Of a DNA stretch of 64,000 bases, positions 53,258-61,814 are shown piece by piece. Numbering within the stretch: the stretch's first letter is position 1; every line of letters starts with the position of its first letter. Origin of the DNA: an uncultured Chloroflexia bacterium (GTDB lineage Bacteria > Chloroflexota > Anaerolineae > B4-G1 > SLSP01); NCBI GenBank assembly GCA_963751345.1, contig CAVVUS010000030.1, positions 288,001 to 352,000 of the forward strand. The letters are read 5' to 3'. The position numbers and the translations under genes are program-made. Under the pieces are notes generated by a model that saw only the letters and a program-made list of their open reading frames with translations, was not told where the DNA came from and made no database searches.

Positions 53258-54551
53258 ATGAAGGAGCCAGCCATGCTTACCCATCAGAAGACATTATGGA
53301 TCTTGATCTTGCTCGCGGCGCTGAGCCTCGCCTGTAGTCTTGTCCAGAGCACGCCACAAGCGACGGACACTCCAACGGTGCCGCCGACAGAGACCAGCGC
53401 TCCGCCCACTGAAGCGCCGGCCGACATCAACACCGAAGCCTACGGCACTCCCCACCGCGACCTCGGCCCCAAGTGGATCGGAGTCGGAACTCGAGATCGT
53501 CAACGATACCCAACGGGACATCTGGTACGTCTACCTCTCTCCCACCGATGCGGACTCGTGGGGAGACGACCAATTGGGGGCCACGACGATTTCCGCCGGC
53601 GAAAGCTACACCTTGAGCGGGATCTCTGACGGTGTCTACGATCTGCAGGTGCGTGACGAGAACGACGAGGCCATCCAGACGGTTTGGGGAATCGAGATCT
53701 ATGGGAGCGTCACCCAGGTGATTTCGGCCCAGGCCACGCTGGAGATCGACAACCTCACCGACACCACGATCGCGAAGCTCTACGTCTCACCCACCGATAG
53801 CGACACCTGGGGCCAAGACTGGTTGAACGGAGATACCATTCCCCCGGACGGCGTGTACTCCCTGGCAGACGCCGGCACCGGCACCTTCGATTTGAAAGCC
53901 GAGGATGCCAACGAGGATGCTATCGAGATTATCTACAACGTCTCATTGGACGGCGGCTATTACTGGGACATCGTGGGGAAGGTCGACCTGCCCAGCAACG
54001 CTGTTCTGCGGTTCCAGGATGACTTCACCGACAATCGCAATAACTGGGGCAACACCTCCACCGACACCGTCACGTACAACCCACCTGCAAACGGGGAATA
54101 CTGCATCGATATCAACACCGACCAAATGACGGCCTGGGAGTGGTACGAACCCTTCCGCCCCGACCAGTTCGTGGCTGAAGTCGGCTGTAACATAGAACAG
54201 GGGAGCGACGCCAGTTGCGGGTTGGGATTCGGCCCTGACGGCGACAACCTCTACTGGTTCGAGGTCTCACCCTCCGATCAGACGTACGCCCTGTTCCTGC
54301 TGCTCAACGATGAGTGGCAGGACAGCCTGATCTCGTGGACGGAATCCAAGAACATCACGACTTCGGGATGGAACTACCTCAGCATCGAACGTGTGAACGG
54401 CGTCTTCTCCGTTTACATCAATGGCATACTCCAGGGATCCCTGAACAGCGACCACTTCCCCACGGGACGGATCGGCCTGGGGGGCGCCACTTACTCGGAC
54501 GGCAGTGCCCGCATCTGCCTCGACAACCTGCGGGTGTGGCGGATGGAGTGA
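53258..54551 (+). CDS. Secreted lipoprotein with two repeated beta domains and a LamG/DUF1080-like C-terminal domain (frameshift ~53430)
   Basis: LSLAC lipobox, PT linker, two LEI.N.T...I..(V/L)Y(L/V)SPTD.D.WG.D repeats, FQDDFTDNRNNW...FSVYING...GRIGL. Confidence 0.7.
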
Positions 54552-54560
54552 AACGTTAAG

Positions 54561-54606
54561 AATGACGATTGACCGGAAACGCGCCGATCGGCCGTCAATC
54601 GTCATT
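54561..54606. terminator. Inverted repeat between convergent genes (bidirectional terminator candidate)
   Basis: AATGACGATTGAC ... GTCAATCGTCATT, 13-bp perfect IR. Confidence 0.55.
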
Positions 54607-55015
54607 CGTCAGCTTTCCATACCGTGACGCGCCCATCCTCCACGCGCACACGGTCGCCTGTTCGTATCCGGTCGATCGGCACCTGGTCGACCATAGGAAT
54701 GTCGCTGATGATCGCGCCGACAGCGACGATAGGCTCGCTGTCGGCGTTGATCATCGCGGCAGGCGCCTTCCCCTCGACGGCGAGCTCGTAGAGCACGTAG
54801 GAGCCAACGGTGCTTCCCTTCCCCGTGGGGAAGACCAGTACCTTGCCGGCCACGCACAGTCCCTCCAGCGCATGGCCACGCTCCGTCACAATGCCCGTCT
54901 TGCCGTCCACGCCGCCCAGGAAACCGATGGGCTCCGGCGAGACCAGGGCCTCTCCCTCGGCGATGCCGGATTTGATGACGCGAGCGGAGAAGCTCAACGG
55001 TGAGGTGATAGCCAT
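54602..55015 (-). CDS. Aconitase X swiveling/small subunit (DUF126); probable mevalonate-5-phosphate dehydratase small subunit
   Basis: GIAEGEALVSPEPIGFLGGVD, HALEG, GKVLVFPTGKGSTVGSY, APAAMIN, VAVGAIISDIP. Start may be 55054. Confidence 0.9.
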   Translation of the reverse strand: MAITSPLSFSARVIKSGIAEGEALVSPEPIGFLGGVDGKTGIVTERGHALEGLCVAGKVLVFPTGKGSTVGSYVLYELAVEGKAPAAMINADSEPIVAVGAIISDIPMVDQVPIDRIRTGDRVRVEDGRVTVWKADE

Positions 55016-55035
55016 TGGGTCGTCTCCCGGAACCG

Positions 55036-56267
55036 TCACTCGGTACGTCCCCATCTCCCCGTCATCGCCGCCTCAACACACGCCTCCAGCGTCCCGAAGC
55101 GCACGGCGACGTGGGCGAGGTTGCGCAGGTAGGTGGCACCTTTGGCCGAGGGTGTGGCTACGGCACCAAAGCCCAGATCGCGGACAGGGGCAATCGCCAT
55201 ACAGGCATCGGCGAAGACACGACCGCCCGCAGCCTCGATCATATCGACCAGCCCCTGTTCCGCCGCCAGCGACCTTGACCGGGCGAGCACAGGTAACCCA
55301 CAGCGGGATGTGCAACGTCTTCCCCCGCACCCGGTCGGCCACCCGCACGATCTCCCGGAGTGAGGCGTGGGGACAACCGATCCAGACGAGGTCGATGTCC
55401 GTGATCGGGTCGCTGAGCGCGGCGTAGCCGGGGGCAAGGTCGTCGACGATCAGCGTGTCGTGATCCGGCGCCAGAAGGGCCTCGGGCGTGATCCCCTCCA
55501 CGTGGAAGAGGGCCACGGCGCCCGTCGCTGCCATCGCGGCCCCCAGCGCCTTGAGCTTCTCCTCCCACAGCGGATCTCGCTCCCCGCGATCAAGATGCAG
55601 CCCAACAAAGTAAGGCACCGCCTTGTTCGCATGCCGCCCGACGATCGCGCCCAAGCGCGCTGTAGTCAGAGATCGTCTCGGGCTGTGCCACCACCTCCAC
55701 CCGGAGCGTGCCGACCCGCGCTGCGTCGAGGTGCAGCCCATAGGCTGCGGTACGCCCCGTGATGGCTGCCGCGATGGCCCCAGGCCCACCCTCACGGTTG
55801 GTGCGGGCGCCCAACACGCTGTTGGCAAAGGCAACGGCCGAGGACTCCGCCCAGGCGACATGTGTACCCATCGCAGGGCGATTGCCGATGAGGTAGGGCG
55901 TGCACGTCGGAACGGGTGCACCTCCGCCCACGCCCATGCGCGCGAAGACCTCGACGACCTGCTGTTGCTTGTCGGCGAACTCGGGGGCGAAGCACTGCGC
56001 CTCCCAATCGACCATATCCATCGCCGTGGGGTTCAGGGTCGTGGGGACGCGCACGCGCGCACCCTCATCGGCCCAGCGACGCAGAAAGCCAAGACCGGCG
56101 TCACCGATGTTGCGGTAGGAGACGCCGGAGATTTGCACGCTCTCGACGGGAATCAGGCGCTCGGCCCCGTAGATGTTGCCGAGCGCCACAACGATCTCTA
56201 TGGCGCGCTTGGTCGCGGGTCCGGCGTCGCCGGCAAGCCACGCCTGTTCCTCAGGGGTCAGATGCAT
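55036..56267 (-). CDS. Aconitase X catalytic/large subunit (DUF521); probable mevalonate-5-phosphate dehydratase large subunit (frameshifts ~55655 and ~55265)
   Basis: MHLTPEEQAWLAG, QISGVSY, TTLNP, TCTPY, AWAESSAVAFANSVLGARTNREGGP, LKALGAAMAATG, IGCPH, DACM, TPSAKGATY. Confidence 0.9.
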
Positions 56268-56268
56268 C

Positions 56269-56375
56269 TGGACCGCGGGCGTCTCGCCCGCCAGCGCACG
56301 GGCAAGCCGTGTTGAAGAAGCGCCTGCCTGCGCGCGGTACCCCGTCGGCAGAGCGGGCGAGACGCCCGCGGTCCA
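56269..56375. repeat. REPIN-like element with perfect 23-bp terminal inverted repeats
   Basis: TGGACCGCGGGCGTCTCGCCCGC (56269-56291) / GCGGGCGAGACGCCCGCGGTCCA (56353-56375); each arm is internally palindromic. Confidence 0.78.
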
Positions 56376-56400
56376 TTCCGGTTAGTATGGTGTGTCGCCA

Positions 56401-59102
56401 TCAAACGCTCTCAAGTGTGGCCAGGGCCTCCAGAACGCGCTCCGGCGTGAAAGGAATCTGGCGGAGGCGGACGCCCACCGCGTCGTAGATCGCATTGGCA
56501 ATCGCGGCCGGCGTGGGTCCCTGTGCGCCTTCGCCGATCCCCAGATAGGGCCGGCCCGGGCGATCGAGCAGCACGGTGTGAACCTCCGGCATCTGACCGA
56601 AGCGCAGGATCGGATAGGTTCGCCAGTCGACGCTGGTGATCCGATGCCGGTCGAAGGTCACCTGCTCGTTCAGCGTCCAGCTTGCCGACTGGGTGAGGGC
56701 CCCCTCGAGTTGATTGCTCAGCCCGTCGGGGTTGACGATCTGGCCCGCATCCACGGCAACGACGGCCTGCCTGAGCTGAACGCGACCGCTGTCGCGTTCG
56801 ACGGTCAAGTCCACGACGACGGCGACGTAGCTTTGGCGGTTCTTGTACTGGGAGAAGGCGACACCCCGGCCCACACCCGCAGGCTTCGGCCCGGCCTTCG
56901 CCACAGCGGCCTCGATCACGGCTCGCGCACGCGCGAGCTGTTGCGCACGCGACGGCTGCTCTTCATCGCCCGCGAGGTACTTCAGGCGGAGGGCGACCGG
57001 ATCGACTCCGGCGGCGTGCGCCAACTCGTCGACAAACGACTCAATCGCAAAGACGTTGGCATACGATCCCAATCCCCGGAGCGCTGAGACCCGTAAGGGG
57101 CTATCGGGCAGGAAGTGCTTGACGATCCTTCGGTTCGGGAAGGTGTAGAGGGGTTCGGCATTGCGGTGAATACCGGACTGCGGCCCCATCATAGGATGCG
57201 ATTGGGGCCGCTTGAGCGGCTCCTCGAGATACCAGGCAGCCAGCAAACTCGACGTGCCTCCGACACCGCGGGAGCGAGCCGAGTGGCTGTAACCCCAGAC
57301 ATCGTGGTTCCAGTCGACGACCTCGCCGTCGGCGTTGACGCTGCCCTGCATCCGGATGACCGTCGCGGTGCCGTAGGGCTCCCACGCGTGCTCGTCCGCC
57401 CGCATCCACTTGAGCGAGACGGGGCGCCCGGGAAGTGCACGCGCCAGCAGGGCCGCATCCAATGCGGCGTCATCCGCCCCATTGTGCCCATAACAGCCGG
57501 GCCCGTCCATGTGGATAACGTGAATGGCGTCCTCGGGCAACTCCAGGACGAGCGCCAATTCGGCGCGCAGCGGGTAGGGGCCCTGCGTATGCGACCAGAC
57601 GGTCAGCTTGTCGTCAACCCACTGGGCCACTGCGGCGGAGGGTCCGAGGGACGCGTGCATGTGATAGGGGCGAGCGTAGGTCGCCGCCACTGTATTCACG
57701 GCATCAGCCGGCACCTCGATGGGGGGGATCGGGCCGTCGACGGGGCTTCCGTCAACCAAGAGATAGGCCTCGTCGGGCTGGTTCAGGACGTAATCGAAGA
57801 ACCCTTCCTGGGATGGCAGTTCGGTCACCGATTTCCAGACCGCAGCCGCCTGGAGCGCCTCCATCGCCCGCACAGCATGTTCTTCGCGCTCGGCGATCAC
57901 GGCCAGGAAGCTGCCGTCGCGCACGACCCGCAGCACACCGGGCATCCGGAGGATGCCCTCGACGTCGACCGACACCAGCCGGTCGTCGTAGCTCGGCGGG
58001 CGCACGGCCCGCCCGTGGACCATATCGGGAAGCTCCAGATCCTGGACAAACGTGTGCGTGCCGGTGACCTTCGCCAGCAGGTCGAAGCGGCGCACAGGAT
58101 GTCCCACAATCGTGTAGTCATCGGCCTGCTTGGGCTGTGCACGCCCGGTCACCTGGCCCCCGAGCTTCTTGCCACCGAAGAGATCCCAGTAGGTGACACT
58201 GCGTCCGGTGACCGGATCAGAGATCGTGCCGTCGGTCACCGTGAGACGCTCCTGTGGCGCCTCCAACTCCTCAAAGGCCACCTCGAGCGCGCGGAGACGA
58301 AGCTCGGCGGCAGCATAGCGGATGGCATTGCCCGAGGTCTCCAGAGACATACTGCTCACGGTGTACCCCTCGTCGGGCGAGGCCTCGGTATCGGCCATCA
58401 CGACGCGGATGCGATCGAGTGCCACATCGAGCTCGTCGGCCCCGATCATCGCGAATGAGGTACGGATATCCTGACCGAGCTCTACCTTGCCGGTGAAGAC
58501 CGTGATCGTGCCGTCTTCATTGACCCGTACCCAGTCGTCAAGATTGGGGGTCCGCCGCAGGGGGCTGGGCAGGTTGGGGGAGGAGGGGGAAGATGACGAA
58601 TCATCGGCGATTCTCTGCTCGTATGCAGGCGCAGGCATCGGGTTGCCCGATGCACGCCGGACGGCCCTGAGGAATCGGTCGTAGGTCCCGCAACGGCACA
58701 GATTGCCATCCATCGCCGCGCGGATCTCCGAATCGGTCGGATGCGGGTCGCGATCGAGCAGCGCCTTCGCGGTAATGATCATTCCCGAAACACAGAAGCC
58801 ACACTGCGCCGCGTTTTCCTGGACGAAGGCCTCCTGGAGCGGATGAAGGTGCTCCGCGGTAGCCCAGGCCCTCCACCGTCGTGATCTCGCGCCCTTGAAC
58901 GGAACCCACGGGCACCCGGCAGGCGTGCACCGCGCTCCCGTCAATCAGGACCTTGCAGGCGCCACACTGGCCAAGGCCACAGCCAAACTTGGTCCCCTTC
59001 AGACCTAGATCGTTGCGCAGGGCATACAGCAAGCGGCGTCTCCGGCTCGATAATGAGACAATGCGTGCCGCCATTGACCGTCAACGTGATCTCTTCAGGC
59101 AT
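56401..59102 (-). CDS. Xanthine-oxidase-family oxidoreductase, [2Fe-2S] subunit fused to molybdopterin subunit (nicotinate/isoquinoline dehydrogenase-like; frameshifts near N-terminus)
   Basis: GTKFGCGLGQCGAC, AQCGFCVSG, NLCRCGT, TGKVELGQ, HASLGPS, GCYGHNGADD, ALRGLG, ESFVDELA, NQLEG, GIGE. Confidence 0.88.
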
Positions 59103-59167
59103 CTTACCCTCCCTGCCATATAGCCTTTGCCCGAGTCTATCGCCGAAAGCGGAGTCCGACCGTCCTC

Positions 59168-60233
59168 TCAATCGAAGATACTCAGATCCCATTCCGGCAG
59201 ATAGTGCAGTTCGAAATGACCGTCCACAAACTTCATCGGCAACCACATATACCGCCCGTCGATGGCGTTCTGAGGACGCCACAGGTCGAACATCGCGATG
59301 TAGGCATCCTCTCGCCCGGCAACCGGCAGAATGAACGTGCTCTGACCACCGAAGGTCGTCTCGCTATCAGGGCCAATACACGGATTGCCCAGCTCAATCC
59401 ACGGCCCCCAGATAGAGCCGGCGACGGCGGAGCGGGCCGCGTTCGGCGCCCATCCTGTACAGTCCGAGCCGATGAAATAGGTGCGTCCCTGCCGCTTACA
59501 GATCGCCGGTGCCTCCATGTAACGCTGGGGGAACGACCCGCACGAACTCCCCGGCGGGCGCCAGATAGTCATCCGTAAGCCGCGAGATATGCAGGGTGCT
59601 GTTCTCCTCTGACGCGAAGAGATGATATGCCCGCCCGTCTTCGTCGACGAACAAGGTCATATCCCGAGCCATCTGCCCACCCAAGAAGTCCCGTCCGAGG
59701 ATGTTGACCTTGTCGATATCCTGATCATAGCCCCCGCTGAACTCACGCTCGATAGAGACGGGGTCCACAGCGTGCATCTGCTCGGCGGTAGCGTTGATCG
59801 GCCAGACGCCGGCGTTGGGCCGGAATGATCGCAGAAACCTGTAGGGTCCGATCGGACTGTCGCTGACTGCTACACCGCTGCGCGCAGCACGATAGCCCTG
59901 CCCCTTGAGCTCCAGATGGAACCACATCACGAAGGTCCCGGTCGCAGCATTGTAGATGACCTTGGGACGCTCGATGACACATCCCTTGACAATGTCGCTG
60001 TCGAGATCTTCGGATACGGACAGAGCAATGCCCTGGTCTTCCCAGTTGTAGAGATCCTGCGAGGCGTAGCAATGAACGCCCACCATCGCGCGGTTACCTG
60101 CCCGGCCCTCGATCTTGTGCTCGCCGAACCAGTAGTAGGTGTTTTCATGCAAGAGTACGCCGCCGCCATGCGCGTTGATGTGATCGCCGGAGGTATCGGG
60201 CCAGAGAGCACCTGGGTAGAATTTCGTCAGCAT
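59168..60233 (-). CDS. Glycoside hydrolase family 43 (subfamily 24-like; frameshift ~59535)
   Basis: INAHGGG, YYWFGE, IERPKVIYN, ARDMTLFVDEDG, SEEN, EAPA, CTGWAPN, TFGGQS. Confidence 0.88.
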
Positions 60234-60237
60234 AGGA

Positions 60238-61170
60238 TCATTGTCCCGTCACGGAATCCACATCGCCGAAGATCGAGACGAGCCGCTGTCGATCTTCTTT
60301 GGGCAGCGGTGGGCGATCAAACGATGCGAGGTTGGCCCTGAGGTGCTCGGGATTGCCCGTGCCCGAGAGGATGACGTGCGTGCCGGGTTCGTCACGGCAG
60401 AAGCGATAGGCCGCATCGGGCAGACTGACGGCACCGCCCTCGTGTATGAGAAAGCCCAGCGGGTCGTCCAGATCCACATCCGCGGGATCGATCTGCCCGT
60501 TGGCCACAAGTTCGTTCAGGATTTCCACCAGCCTATCAGGCCGGCTCAGGGCCCGACGGACGGCGAACATCACCAGGATTCCGATGTTTTTCTCGATCGT
60601 CCGGCTGAAGACGCGGTCACGGGCGGACTGGTTGAGAAGGTTGAAGCCTACCATCATCACGTCCCAGACGTCATCCTGGAGCGCGCGCTGCGCCATCGCG
60701 TGGCCGGGATCGGCATTCCATCGCTCGGTGATCCCCAGAAAGCGGAGCTTGCCTTCGTCCCGGAGCTTGAGCATCTCGGGCACGATCTCCGATGCAAGGT
60801 AAGGATAGTCCTCGAGGATCACGCCGTGCAGGTGGTAGACGTCAACATAGTCTGTGTCCAACCGCTTGAGGCTGGCCTCCAAGCTCTGCCGCACGTCGGC
60901 AGGTGTGATCTGCCTCCCGGCGCTCTTCTTGGTGGACACCACAATGCTGCCACGGTCCAGACCTTGCATGGCCTTGCCGACGATCTGCTCCGTTCTGTAA
61001 GCCTCGGCAGTATCGACGAAATTGATGCCGGCGTCCAGCGCCTCGCGCACGACAGCGACCGACTCCGCCTCAGTCTTCCCAGTGCTCTGTCCGGCGCGGC
61101 TCGGTCCGCCGGAGCCGACACCCATCACCGTGACCCGAAGGCCGGTGCGTCCCAGTATCTTTGTGTCCAC
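60238..61170 (-). CDS. Aldo/keto reductase
   Basis: LGRTGLRVT, GINFVDTAEAY, SLKRLDTDYVDVYHLHG, EGKLRFLG, GTGNPEHLRAN. Confidence 0.92.
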   Translation of the reverse strand: MDTKILGRTGLRVTVMGVGSGGPSRAGQSTGKTEAESVAVVREALDAGINFVDTAEAYRTEQIVGKAMQGLDRGSIVVSTKKSAGRQITPADVRQSLEASLKRLDTDYVDVYHLHGVILEDYPYLASEIVPEMLKLRDEGKLRFLGITERWNADPGHAMAQRALQDDVWDVMMVGFNLLNQSARDRVFSRTIEKNIGILVMFAVRRALSRPDRLVEILNELVANGQIDPADVDLDDPLGFLIHEGGAVSLPDAAYRFCRDEPGTHVILSGTGNPEHLRANLASFDRPPLPKEDRQRLVSIFGDVDSVTGQ

Positions 61171-61230
61171 GATATTGTCCTTCCTAATGCTGCGCTGAGC
61201 ACCTGTACCGAGACCTTTGGGGTTTCCTCC

Positions 61231-61540
61231 TCAAGGAAGCATCTTCTCTAGAAGAAAGGCCCCAAAGGTCTTCCCCACCCATGTCTTCGCCACGATGGCC
61301 GCGAGGTCATCCTCCGTCCAGGTCCGATAATCGCCGTCGACGTAGGTGGCGACGCGACTGCCGCCCCAACTTCGCAGGTCGCGCGTCACATACTTCAATT
61401 GCTGAGGGCCTTCCTTCTTGGCTTCCTCGACGGAGTTTGTCATCGGCACCACGCAACCTGTCCGTTACCGGATTTGTAGCGAATCTCGTGATCCCAATCC
61501 CGTTCTCGCCGATCCTCGTGTCGTGCAAGTACATTGTCAC
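61231..61540 (-). CDS. Small hypothetical protein (frameshift ~61450)
   Basis: ORFs 61307-61540 and 61231-61452 join into a ~100-aa protein with plausible codon usage. Confidence 0.45.
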
Positions 61541-61677
61541 AGTGAGATCGACCTAGAGTGTACTCCAGGTAGACCTTGCCGCCAATACCCTTCAGTGTCT
61601 GGGACACACCTTAGGCGACGTCTGAAATCCCCGCCCTTGGAGATAAGACTACCGCAGTCGTGGGATCTTCGTTTCAG

Positions 61678-61762
61678 GTGCCAGGCACTCGCGCCGCAGA
61701 CGGCGACGAAAGTGCCAGGCACCAAGAAAGAATGCCGGTCACCCTGGAGGCGATGACCGGCA
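61678..61762. repeat. Palindromic GTGCCAGGCAC copies and a hairpin downstream of GH38
   Basis: GTGCCAGGCAC at ~61678 and ~61712; TGCCGGTCA...TGACCGGCA stem 61733-61762. Confidence 0.5.
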
Positions 61763-61814
61763 CCCATTCCCGGACAGGGGGATACTCCCTCGTGCCTTTA
61801 TCCCTATTTCCTGA

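Noticed and set aside
24211-61251. Long antisense ORFs (e.g. 24211-25206, 27450-29276, 44313-45236, 57115-58458, 60241-61251)
   Set aside because: Shadow ORFs opposite well-supported genes, as expected in high-GC DNA; they carry no motifs.
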